From contig CAWGRW010000009.1 of NCBI GenBank assembly GCA_963825135.1, positions 2,432,001 to 2,496,000 on the forward strand: a stretch of 64,000 nt of DNA. The letters are read 5' to 3'. The translations under genes and the position numbers were made by a program. This DNA comes from an uncultured bacterium. Lineage in GTDB: Bacteria; Desulfobacterota_D; UBA1144; Nemesobacterales; UBA2774. Positions 31,461-41,945 of this stretch are shown piece after piece. Numbering within the stretch: the stretch's first letter is position 1; every line of letters begins with the position of its first letter. Below the pieces are notes generated by a model. The model saw only the letters and a program-made list of their open reading frames with translations. It had not been told where the DNA came from and did no database searches.

Positions 31461-32867
31461 TCAGCCTTCGAGAGAGAGCTTGAACGGCTCTTCGAGCGCC
31501 TCCACTATCCATCTCAGGAACCTCACCGCGTCCGCTCCGTCTATGAGACGGTGGTCGTAGGAGAGCGAGAGCGGGAGCATGAGCCTCGGCTGGAGCTGTC
31601 CGTCTATGTATACGGGCTCGAGCGCCGCGCGCGATACGCCGAGTATCGCGACCTCGGGCGAATTGATGACCGGCGTGAAATAAGTCCCTCCCAGACCTCC
31701 GAGGTTGGTTATCGTGAAAGTCCCTCCCTGAAGCTCCCCGGCCGTTATCTTCTTCGTCCTGGCTCTCTCCGAGAGCGCTCTGAGATCGACCGAGAGCTCC
31801 TCTATATTCTTCTTATCCGCGTCCCTTATCACCGGGACGAGGAGCCCCCTGTCCGTATCGACCGCTACGCCGATGTTGTAGTATTTCTTGTATACGATCT
31901 CTTCTTTCTCCATATCGATACTGGCGTTGAACTGCGGGTGGAGCTTGAGCGCGGATGCGACCGCTTTCAGCAGTATCGACGTCATCGTCAGCTTGCCGCC
32001 CAGGCTCTCCACTTCTTGACTGTAATGCTTCCTCAGCTTTTCGAGCTCGGTAATATCCGCCTTGTCGTGCTGTGTGACGTGCGGTGCTTTCCAGGACTCG
32101 CTCAGCCGCTCGGCGGTGAGTCTCCTGACGCGGCTCATTTTTACACGCTCGGTCTCCCCGTACTTGTCGTCGTATGGCGCGGCTTCCGAGGGAGGAGATG
32201 TTTCTTCGGGCTCTGCATGTCCGGGCGCGGGCTTCGTTTCTTCGGGGCCTCCCTTTTTCCCATACGCCTCGACGTCGTCTTCCGTGATGCGCCCGCCGGG
32301 TCCGGTGCCCCTGACCCTTGTTATATCTATTCCCATCTCTCGCGCCTGTCTCCTCAAGGTCGGCGAAGCCGGAACGATCTGCGGGGTCTTCCCCTCCCTT
32401 TCCCCCACTACTCCAGCCGGTTCCGTCTTTTTCTCCGGAGCCGTTATTACTTCGGCCTTCTTTACGGGCTCGGCTTTTTTTGGAGCCTCTTTATCTTCCG
32501 CTTTCTTCTCTGCGGTCTCTGTCGGCCTCTTTTTTTCGGCCGCTTCGACGACTTCGGGTTCCTCTTTTTTCGGCGGAGACTCTTCCTCTTTTACGGTTTT
32601 CTTTTCAGCCGCCTTTTCTTCCCCGGCCGCCCCGTCGTCTATCGTGACCAGGAGCTGTCCTATCTTTATCGTATCCCCTTCCCTGACGTGGACCTCTTTG
32701 ATCACGCCTTCCGCGGGCGAGGGTATCTCCAGCGCGGCCTTATCGGTTTCGAGCTCCATCAAGGCCTGCTCTTTTTCAACCCTGTCGCCGGGCGATACGT
32801 ACACCCTCACCACGTCCCCCGTCTCGATGTCCTCGCCCAGGTCGGGCAGCTTAAATTCGATTGCCAT
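31461..32867 (-). CDS. aceF: Pyruvate dehydrogenase E2 acetyltransferase (single lipoyl domain)
   Basis: ETDKA lipoyl lysine, ASPTLRR E3-binding domain, SYDHRLIDG. Confidence 0.93.
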   Translation of the reverse strand: MAIEFKLPDLGEDIETGDVVRVYVSPGDRVEKEQALMELETDKAALEIPSPAEGVIKEVHVREGDTIKIGQLLVTIDDGAAGEEKAAEKKTVKEEESPPKKEEPEVVEAAEKKRPTETAEKKAEDKEAPKKAEPVKKAEVITAPEKKTEPAGVVGEREGKTPQIVPASPTLRRQAREMGIDITRVRGTGPGGRITEDDVEAYGKKGGPEETKPAPGHAEPEETSPPSEAAPYDDKYGETERVKMSRVRRLTAERLSESWKAPHVTQHDKADITELEKLRKHYSQEVESLGGKLTMTSILLKAVASALKLHPQFNASIDMEKEEIVYKKYYNIGVAVDTDRGLLVPVIRDADKKNIEELSVDLRALSERARTKKITAGELQGGTFTITNLGGLGGTYFTPVINSPEVAILGVSRAALEPVYIDGQLQPRLMLPLSLSYDHRLIDGADAVRFLRWIVEALEEPFKLSLEG

Positions 32868-33010
32868 ATTCGATACGCCTCAAAGTATAGTCACTATTTT
32901 TATAACATATTCCGGATTAGATTCTAATACAAAAAGATAAATATTCATCATCTCACTTTTGTGGCATTTCGGAATCGCGTATTAGGTTCAATCATTATGT
33001 CGCGAAATAT

Positions 33011-33130
33011 AAATCCTCCCTAACCCTCCTTTTTCTAAGGAGGGAATTAAAAACATTTCCCCCTTTGGAAAAGGGGGATTAAGGGGGATTTATTTTTAAA
33101 TCTGTCATGCTGAACTGGTTTCAGCATCTC
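33011..33130. repeat. Cluster of REP-like hairpins between aceE and aceF
   Basis: CCCTCCTT/AAGGAGGG hairpin (33011-33046), CCCCCTTT/AAAGGGGG hairpin, GTCATGCTGAACTGGTTTCAGCATCTC (33104-33130; near-identical copy at 41631). Confidence 0.8.
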
Positions 33131-33196
33131 GTTTTATCTTTTCTTTCAGTTTTCCATTTCAGATATACATAACCGTCGTTGTTAGTCCGTGTCATT

Positions 33197-35881
33197 CTAC
33201 GCTATCAAAGGGTTCGCTTTTCCCGGATTGATTTCTAGGTCCTTGATCGCTTTCTCTACAGTATCCGTGCCGATTTTCTTTTCCCACGTCAGGGACGCGA
33301 GTACGGCTAACGTAACGAACCTCCAGTCCACCTCGAAGAAATCCCTGAGCGCCTTCCTGCTCGCGCTCCTGCCGAAGCCGTCCGTACCCAATGATACGAG
33401 GGGGCGCGGGAGCCATTGCGATATCGAGTCCGGGAGGGCCATCACGTAATCGGACGCCGCCACGAAGACACCCGGGGCGTCTTTCATGCACTGTGTTATA
33501 TATGGCACCCTCCTTATCTCAGACGGATGGAGCATGTTCCATCTTTCGTTCTCACAGCCGTCCCTGTAGAGCTCCTTATAGCTCGTGACGCTCCACACGT
33601 CTGCGGCGACCCCGTATTGTTCCTCCAGCACCTGCTGGGCCTTGAGCACTTCGTTTAATATCGTTCCGCTTCCGAAAAGCTGCGCGTGGAGTTCCGTGTC
33701 CTTGAGCCCGGACGCCCTGAATTTATACATCCCCTTCAATATCCCTTCCCTCGCTCCCTCGGGCATGGGCGGCTGCGCGTATGTTTCATTCATGACCGTT
33801 ATATAATAGAAAATATTCTCCTGGTTTACGTACATCCGTCTTATGCCTTCCTCTATGATGACTGCGATCTCGTAAGCATATGCGGGGTCGTATGCTTTCA
33901 GGTTCGGCACGGGGTACGCGAGCAGATGGCTGTGTCCGTCCTGGTGCTGGAGCCCCTCGCCCGCAAGCGTCGTCCTTCCCGCGGTACCTCCCACCATGAA
34001 ACCCTTCGCCCTTGAGTCGCCCGCCGCCCATACGAGGTCTCCTATCCTCTGGAAGCCGAACATCGAATAGAATATAAAAAACGGGATCATGTTTATGCCG
34101 TGCGTGGCGTAAGCCGTTCCGGCGGCGATGAACGACGACATCGATCCGGCCTCCGTTATCCCCTCTTCGAGTATCTGCCCGTCCTTTGCCTCTTTGTAGA
34201 ACAGCAGCGTCTCCGCGTCCACAGGCTCGTAGAGCTGGCCCGCGTGAGAGTATATGCCTACCTGCCTGAAAAGGGACTCCATCCCGAACGTGCGGGCCTC
34301 ATCGGGGACTATCGGTACTATGTACCTCCCGATGTTCTTGTCTTTGAGCATCTTCGAGAGCATGCGCACGATTGCCATCGTCGTTGCGACGGGCCTCCCG
34401 CCCGAGCCTTTATAATACTCCTCGAATATCGAGGGAGAGGGGGGCTCGAGAGGCGCGCAGTTGACCTCCCTCTTCGGAAGATATCCGCCTAACTCCTGCC
34501 TGCGCTCCTGTAAATATTTTATTTCCGGACTGTCGTCGGGAGGCCTGTAAAAAGGCGCCCTTACGACGTCCTCGTCCGATATGGGTATGTCGAACCTCGT
34601 CCTGAATTCCTTGAGCTCGTCCTCGTTGAGCTTTTTCTGCTGGTGAGTGATGTTCCGGCCCTCCCCGGCTTCGCCGAGACCGTAACCCTTTACAGTCTTG
34701 GCGAGAATAACAGTGGGAGAGCCTTTGTGCTCTACGGCCGCTTTAAAGGCGGGATAGATTTTTTCGGGGTCGTGCCCCCCCCGCCTCAGTTTTACCAGCT
34801 CCTCGTCCGAGAGGTCTTTCACCATTTCGAGGAGCCTCGGGTCCGTTCCGAAAAAATGCTTCCGTATGTAATCACCGGATTCGACGAGGTATTTCTGGTA
34901 CTCCCCATCGACCGCCTCGCCCATGCGCTTAACGAGTATTCCATCCTTGTCTTTCGCGAGTAAGGGGTCCCAGCTGCTCCCCCATATGACCTTGATCACG
35001 TTCCACCCGGCGCCCCTGAATATCGCCTCCAGCTCCTGAATTATCTTTCCGTTTCCCCTCACTGGTCCGTCAAGGCGCTGGAGGTTGCAGTTTACGACGA
35101 AGATGAGGTTATCCAGCTTTTCTCTCGACGCGAGGGTTATAGCGCCCAGCGCTTCGGGCTCGTCGCATTCCCCGTCCCCGAGGAAGGCCCAGACCTTTGC
35201 GTCCGAATGCTCCTTGAGTCCCCTGTCCTCGAGATAACGGCTAAACCGCGCCTGGTATATCGACATAATCGGGCTTAGCCCCATAGATACCGTCGGGAAT
35301 TGCCAGAAGTTGGGCAATAGCCAGGGGTGAGGGTACGAGGGAAGCCCTCCGCCGGGCAAAAGCTCCCGCCTGAAGTTTTGCAGGTTTTCGATCGTTAGGC
35401 GGCCTTCGAGGAACGCCCTCGCATATACACCCGGGGCTGCGTGGCCCTGGAAATAGACGATATCCCCCTCCTTATTCCCGTTTCCGGCCCTTAGAAAATG
35501 GTTGAAGGCTACTTCGTAAAGTGCCGCCGCCGAAGCAAAAGTCGAGATGTGCCCGCCTATACCTTCTTCGAGCCTGTTCGCCCTCACCACCATAGCCATC
35601 GCGTTCCACCTTATGAGGCTCCTGATGTTCCACTCGAGCGCCTGGTCACCCGGGTATGGCGGCTGCATCTCCACGGGGATCGTGTTTATGTATGGGGTAT
35701 TGGCTGTAAAATGGAGCCTCACCCCCTTTTTCTGGGCGTGTATCTGGAGGATTTTTAAGAGCTTGCTTACCCGCTCTGGGCCGCTCGTCTTGAGGACGTA
35801 GTCTATGGACTCGACCCACTCCCTGTTTTCGAGCTCATCGGGACTACTCTCATTTTTCTTTTTGTCTGTAGTTTCGTCCAT
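33197..35881 (-). CDS. aceE: Pyruvate dehydrogenase E1, homodimeric type
   Basis: PYINTIP, GGHISTFAS, QFPTVSMGL, GDGECDE...NCNLQRLDG TPP motif, GEGLQHQDG. Confidence 0.97.
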   Translation of the reverse strand: MDETTDKKKNESSPDELENREWVESIDYVLKTSGPERVSKLLKILQIHAQKKGVRLHFTANTPYINTIPVEMQPPYPGDQALEWNIRSLIRWNAMAMVVRANRLEEGIGGHISTFASAAALYEVAFNHFLRAGNGNKEGDIVYFQGHAAPGVYARAFLEGRLTIENLQNFRRELLPGGGLPSYPHPWLLPNFWQFPTVSMGLSPIMSIYQARFSRYLEDRGLKEHSDAKVWAFLGDGECDEPEALGAITLASREKLDNLIFVVNCNLQRLDGPVRGNGKIIQELEAIFRGAGWNVIKVIWGSSWDPLLAKDKDGILVKRMGEAVDGEYQKYLVESGDYIRKHFFGTDPRLLEMVKDLSDEELVKLRRGGHDPEKIYPAFKAAVEHKGSPTVILAKTVKGYGLGEAGEGRNITHQQKKLNEDELKEFRTRFDIPISDEDVVRAPFYRPPDDSPEIKYLQERRQELGGYLPKREVNCAPLEPPSPSIFEEYYKGSGGRPVATTMAIVRMLSKMLKDKNIGRYIVPIVPDEARTFGMESLFRQVGIYSHAGQLYEPVDAETLLFYKEAKDGQILEEGITEAGSMSSFIAAGTAYATHGINMIPFFIFYSMFGFQRIGDLVWAAGDSRAKGFMVGGTAGRTTLAGEGLQHQDGHSHLLAYPVPNLKAYDPAYAYEIAVIIEEGIRRMYVNQENIFYYITVMNETYAQPPMPEGAREGILKGMYKFRASGLKDTELHAQLFGSGTILNEVLKAQQVLEEQYGVAADVWSVTSYKELYRDGCENERWNMLHPSEIRRVPYITQCMKDAPGVFVAASDYVMALPDSISQWLPRPLVSLGTDGFGRSASRKALRDFFEVDWRFVTLAVLASLTWEKKIGTDTVEKAIKDLEINPGKANPLIA

Positions 35882-36011
35882 TCGCCGGACCCGTCGGGCA
35901 GTAGAAAATCTCCAATGAAAATAATAATGCACACGGTCTCTTTAAGTCAACCGTTATTAAGCCCGGAATCCGCGCTGAAGAACGATTTCGAACGGGTAAC
36001 GGAATCGATTG

Positions 36012-36138
36012 TGTCATTGCGAGGAAGCGCAGCGACCGCGGCAATCTCGTCTTCTTTAAATTTCCTTCCCCATATCAGGGGGAAGGTCGGTATGGGAGTG
36101 TACAGTCAGTCATGCCCGAAATCCTCAATCGGGAATCC
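36012..36138. repeat. REP-like hairpin cluster downstream of the 919-aa gene
   Basis: Compact TGTCATTGCGAG...GCGGCAATCTC (36012-36048), CCTTCCCC/GGGGAAGG hairpin, GTCATGCCCGA...TCGGGAATCC. Confidence 0.8.
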
Positions 36139-36186
36139 GCACGCTGGCGTGATACTAAGGTTTCTGCGGCGCTACTCAGAGGCAGC

Positions 36187-38946
36187 CTACTCAGGCGGAA
36201 TCTGCCGCCCCGTGACCGGATCGTATTTCACCGATACGGCGGCCACCTGATCCGTGGGCACGACCTCTATCCACTGGTCTATCAACTCAAACTCCCCGCC
36301 CTCTATGGACTGCGCGCGGAACCCGCCCTCGAGCGGGTCGAATCCGAACTCGTACACGCGGTCGACGGGTGTTGCGGACACGGTGGCGTCCGGGTCGTCC
36401 GGGCGGAGCGGGTCGGGCGTGGTCTTGACGGTTTCACTCTGCGCATGCTTCTGCGCCACTTTGTCCGCGAGCTCGTTAAGCTCCTGCTCGATTGCGGGGT
36501 CGAGGCCGTCGCTCCCTTCGAGCACGCCCTTTAACCAGTCCATGGCCTCGCGCTCGCGGCCGGGCCTTATGGGCACAATCGCCTTCACCCAGGGGGCGTT
36601 CAAAAACGCGTTACGCATCGAGTCGGCGTCGAGCTGCAGGAGCCACCCGAGCGAGCTCCCGAGCTTTGCCGGAGCGGAACTCTCCGTGATGTAATAGTTC
36701 GGCCTCCCGGCCTCCATCCCCCCGCCCCAGCTCACGACGCTCCTCCCGGGAATGGCGGTCGAGACCTGCTGCTTCACTACGTTCCCCGCTGCGTCGAGCA
36801 CCACGGTCTCGGCGCCCATCGTCTGGGATTTCTTCGCGTGCGGCTTCCACCACTCGGGCGCGACGAAGTAGAGCATTTTCTCCAGATCGAACAGCTTGTT
36901 CAGCACCTCCGACCACGCGTGGCGTGTCTCGTCCGACATATACGGGTATGTGAATTTCTTGCCCGACAGTATCTCCTCGTCTGTAAGGCCGTTTTTCCCG
37001 GGTGCGAGCGATTGCACGAGCCTCCTGTAAACGGCGATCCGCTCCTCCTGCCGGAGGTCCTCGTAACGCCGGGGCGCGATCTTGGATGCGGCCGCGATCC
37101 TCTCGCGCGCGGCCTTTATGTACGCCTCCTCGTACGCGCGCTTCTGCTCCGCGACAAACGTGCTCATCTTCTTGTCGTTCTCCGCCCTTATCTTGGCGAG
37201 GTCCTCCATCGATTCCCACGTGAGCTCCAGCTGCACCGGAATCGAGCGGGAGTCGTGAAAGTTCACTCTGTCCAGATAGAGCCTGAATTCGAAGTAACCG
37301 TCTTTCAGGTCCACAAATTCCTTGGGGTCGTATTTGTTGACCGAGACCTCGGCGTCGCCCTGCGGTATAACCTTGACCGCCGAGAGCCTGTAGTCCTTAT
37401 CGGGCGCCCGGAATTTCTGAGGGAATACCGACTTTATACACTCGACGTCGTCCAGGTATCCGATAGACGATTCGATGCCGTCCTCATACGTCTGATCGGT
37501 ATCGTCGTCGTCGGCAGCGTCGCAATCGAGCTCGGGATGCGCCTCCGGTTGAAACGGTATCAGGACGCTCTCGCTGGTCGACTTCGGCGGCTTGGGCTCG
37601 ATCATCTGCGGGTGAGGGATATTCGACAGGTTGGGCGGCTCGGCGATGTGCACGAGGTTGGCCACGCCCAGCTCCCTCGCCGGGTCGTCGACGAACGTCT
37701 GCCACGAGAGGTACGTGCCCACGTCCTGCACCTGCACGGCGACCCTCCTCATCTTGCGCCTGAGCTCGTAGTTTATGACGTCGTCCCCGGGGTTGGACAC
37801 GACGTACCTCTTCGAGGATATCTCCTCCTTCTCTGTGACAGTCTTAAACGTCGTGTGCACGCTCTTTTCCATGAGCGACGCTATGCGCTGCGTCTGTCTC
37901 CGCATGAGGTCGTGCACGGCATAGCGCGATTCGGACTGCGTCTGGTGATAATCGAGCGAGGAGGATGCCTGCACGCTCCCGACTATCCAGCTATGGCTCC
38001 CGCTAACGGACGCTCCGAAGCTCAGGTCCTGCTGGTTTGACTGCGTCACAGCCTCGTGCATGTCCTCGAGCGTGAAGCTCTCGTCGAACTGCTCGACGCG
38101 GGCGAACGCCGACTCGTCTATTATGGATTCCGTGAGGGTGCGTCTCTTGTTCACCTCCACTAACTCGACCGTCGTATGCGGAGCTACCCACACGTGGCCG
38201 ACCGGGGAGCCGAGGAAGCTGTCGAGCTCGAAGAAATACTGTCTGTAGAGGTGTATGACGCCCACCGGCGAGACGACCGTGCGGCTCAGTATGTTTCCCG
38301 GATCGAGGTATCCGAACGCATTGAACGCGCCGAACAGCTTGACGGCCGCGTTCAGGCGGTCGAGCGTAGTCGTGTTGTGGAAGAAGATGTGCTTCAGCTC
38401 GCCCGCTGCGCCCGAGTCGCGCAGCAGCTTCAGCTGCCCGGCCATGCGCGATTCGTTATCCAGATAATCGAGCGTCTTCTGCGAGCGCACCGAAATGTGC
38501 GCCTCCCGCCCGCCCGCCTCGTCGTGAGGATCGAGTATGCGCATAGCTTCCTGCTTCACCTCGCGGTTGAGCGTGGCCATCAGCATGTCGTCCGTAAGCT
38601 TGTGCCTCCAGTAATCCGGGTCGTCGCGGTCGGCGTCCGCGGAAAAATTCGGGGCCAGCGCCTCGACGAGCTTGCTCGGGTAAACGGGCTTGTCGTTCGC
38701 GGTGCCGATCCCTATCTCCCCGATCCTGTCGAGCACGCGGTCCGCGTTGAGCTTCGCGTCCACGTTCGGGCTGATCTTCCCGAAAACCGTATCGCCCAGC
38801 TTGCTGCGCTCGGTCGCGTACGACTTCAAAAACCAGCCCTTCGACCGCGCGCCGCGCCAGCCCAGCAGTGTCTGGTAGACGCCGAAAAGCTCGCTCCCGT
38901 AGGGGTACTGCCCTTTGAATTTCTCTAGGTCTTCGTATTTGATCAT
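36187..38946 (-). CDS. Large hypothetical protein (919 aa), possible pore-forming toxin-like
   Basis: Uninterrupted ORF with RBS AGGGAG; no signal peptide or TM; Ser-rich amphipathic hairpin. Function is inference only. Confidence 0.85.
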   Translation of the reverse strand: MIKYEDLEKFKGQYPYGSELFGVYQTLLGWRGARSKGWFLKSYATERSKLGDTVFGKISPNVDAKLNADRVLDRIGEIGIGTANDKPVYPSKLVEALAPNFSADADRDDPDYWRHKLTDDMLMATLNREVKQEAMRILDPHDEAGGREAHISVRSQKTLDYLDNESRMAGQLKLLRDSGAAGELKHIFFHNTTTLDRLNAAVKLFGAFNAFGYLDPGNILSRTVVSPVGVIHLYRQYFFELDSFLGSPVGHVWVAPHTTVELVEVNKRRTLTESIIDESAFARVEQFDESFTLEDMHEAVTQSNQQDLSFGASVSGSHSWIVGSVQASSSLDYHQTQSESRYAVHDLMRRQTQRIASLMEKSVHTTFKTVTEKEEISSKRYVVSNPGDDVINYELRRKMRRVAVQVQDVGTYLSWQTFVDDPARELGVANLVHIAEPPNLSNIPHPQMIEPKPPKSTSESVLIPFQPEAHPELDCDAADDDDTDQTYEDGIESSIGYLDDVECIKSVFPQKFRAPDKDYRLSAVKVIPQGDAEVSVNKYDPKEFVDLKDGYFEFRLYLDRVNFHDSRSIPVQLELTWESMEDLAKIRAENDKKMSTFVAEQKRAYEEAYIKAARERIAAASKIAPRRYEDLRQEERIAVYRRLVQSLAPGKNGLTDEEILSGKKFTYPYMSDETRHAWSEVLNKLFDLEKMLYFVAPEWWKPHAKKSQTMGAETVVLDAAGNVVKQQVSTAIPGRSVVSWGGGMEAGRPNYYITESSAPAKLGSSLGWLLQLDADSMRNAFLNAPWVKAIVPIRPGREREAMDWLKGVLEGSDGLDPAIEQELNELADKVAQKHAQSETVKTTPDPLRPDDPDATVSATPVDRVYEFGFDPLEGGFRAQSIEGGEFELIDQWIEVVPTDQVAAVSVKYDPVTGRQIPPE

Positions 38947-39055
38947 ATGGCGCTCCCTGATTCAGTTTAAACCGAGAGGCGTCCGTCGCCCGTATCTGCG
39001 GGCGCTGTGAGCTGATGGAAACAAGGCGGAAGGTATATTAGGCGGAACTATCCCC

Positions 39056-39152
39056 CCTAACCCGGCGGCCGGACTGACTGGGGCTCGATTACGTCCCGAG
39101 TCTCCTGGCTTTGCGTCCCATCCTCACAAATGGTTTGCCCTTATCGGTTAGG
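39056..39152 (-). ncRNA. c-di-GMP-I (GEMM) riboswitch
   Basis: Minus strand CCTAACC-GATAAGGGCAAACCATTT-GTGA-GGATGGGACGCAAAGCC...GGCCGCCG-GGTTAGG: GGCAAACC and GGGACGCAAAGCC cores, GNRA loop, 7-bp closing stem. Confidence 0.92.
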
Positions 39153-39166
39153 AAATCCTTTATCAC

Positions 39167-39196
39167 ATCATAGCCATATCGGCCGCGCGAAGTCAA
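39167..39196 (-). promoter_or_regulatory. sigma70-type promoter for the riboswitch transcript
   Basis: TTGACT-N18-TATGAT on the minus strand; predicted start ~39160, just before the P1 stem. Confidence 0.65.
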
Positions 39197-39236
39197 GATG
39201 ATTTGCCGTGATGATTGCTCCGCCCGAAGGAATATT

Positions 39237-39272
39237 CAATGTATTCATGCGCATACAAATATGAATACATTG
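39237..39272. promoter_or_regulatory. Perfect 12-bp inverted repeat, candidate operator
   Basis: CAATGTATTCAT-N12-ATGAATACATTG, ~40 bp upstream of the -35 box. Confidence 0.5.
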
Positions 39273-39603
39273 TTAAGCCCGCCCTTCACAGGCGGATGCG
39301 GCGAGCATACAGTCGCTCCCCGGCTTCCCCAACGCTCCCGCATGTCAGCTGCGGCTCGCCGCCCCGTTCGTCCTTCATCTCTATTTCCCTCCCCCTTGAA
39401 GGGGAACAGTTGCAAGCGAGTACTGTTTCGAATGTGTGAGAAACAGGTCGAACCGGGCTGATTTCTCGACCGTTCATATTCAAGGGAAAAATTGCCATAA
39501 GATAAAACCAACTGGTCGCTCTCCCAACAAAAGCACTGATGTATATTAACTCGGCAGGGTGATGGTTAATACAAAATAGTCAGGATGGGGGTGTTACCTT
39601 TCT

Positions 39604-40030
39604 GTAGGAGCGGCTTCCAGTCGCGAAAACTAACCTGTCATTGCGAGGGAACGGTTCTGAACGTGTGCAAGAACCGGTCGTCGTCGGCTGATTGCAAGTA
39701 CGCTCTTCTATTGATGCACGAGGGTCGCACGGGCCAAATTACGCATTTTGTGACCGCGGTAATCTCGTCTTTTCTTTTCCGACATTACAGAATTTGCGTT
39801 AAGAAAATCGATTGTACGAGCGTTAAGAATCTTACGTGGGCCGGGGTGGGATCGGAAGATTTAGCGAGTACATGAGATTTTTAGCACAATTCTGTAGTCG
39901 GATGATTTTTGCTTCTTTTCATCAAGGAAAAGAAGGATAAATAAAACAGCCTTTCACCTTATCCGTGTCTTTGCTTTGTCTTTTCGAAAGACCACACTAC
40001 GTGTGTGTCGCGGCTGGAAGCCGCTTCTAC
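39604..40030 (+). repeat. Composite structured repeat copy 2, bounded by inverted GTAG-type REPs (REPIN-like)
   Basis: GTAGGAGCGGCTTCCAGTCGCGA at 39604 and inverted TCGCGGCTGGAAGCCGCTTCTAC at 40008-40030; interior matches 23721-24050. Confidence 0.88.
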
Positions 40031-40118
40031 AAATTTAGGAGCGTTACTCCGAGCGCCACGGAGTAACCGCGGCAATCCCTCATTCCTCCCCCAAAAAAAT
40101 TGACGCTCCTTCTATTGA

Positions 40119-41573
<1,455 letters not shown>

Positions 41574-41589
41574 TATACCCGTGCAGGAC

Positions 41590-41841
41590 GTCATTCCGGT
41601 CTCGTTTCAGAATCTCATCCTCTTATTTCCGTCATGCTGAACTTGTTTCAGCATCTCGTCTTTCTTTCCATTCCCTCCTTAGAAAAAGGAAACTAATGCG
41701 AGCATGCGAGCATTCGGTCGCTCCTACAACAAAGACACCTAGGTTCATTAGCTATTGGCTAGCAATATCAGAAACCAAAACGAGGGAGGATTTACTCTTT
41801 CTTTGTCATTGCGAGACAGCGTCAGCTGTCGCGGCAATCCC
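41590..41841. repeat. REP-like hairpin cluster between lpdA and lipB
   Basis: GTCATGCTGAACTTGTTTCAGCATCTC (41631-41657), interrupted copy of the 33011 element (41671-41793), TGTCATTGCGAG...GCGGCAATCCC (41804-41841). Confidence 0.8.
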
Positions 41842-41945
41842 TTTCAAACCAATTCTTTAAAATGTTCCTGGCACAATGTATGTTTATAAAACTATCCTGG
41901 TATATAATGCTATGCTGATTAGTGCGCTTATGATATAATAAAATA

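Noticed and set aside
39198..39875. Short ORFs upstream of the riboswitch (39198, 39215, 39245, 39286, 39585)
   Set aside because: They overlap promoter, inverted repeats and REP elements, lack an RBS and have atypical composition.
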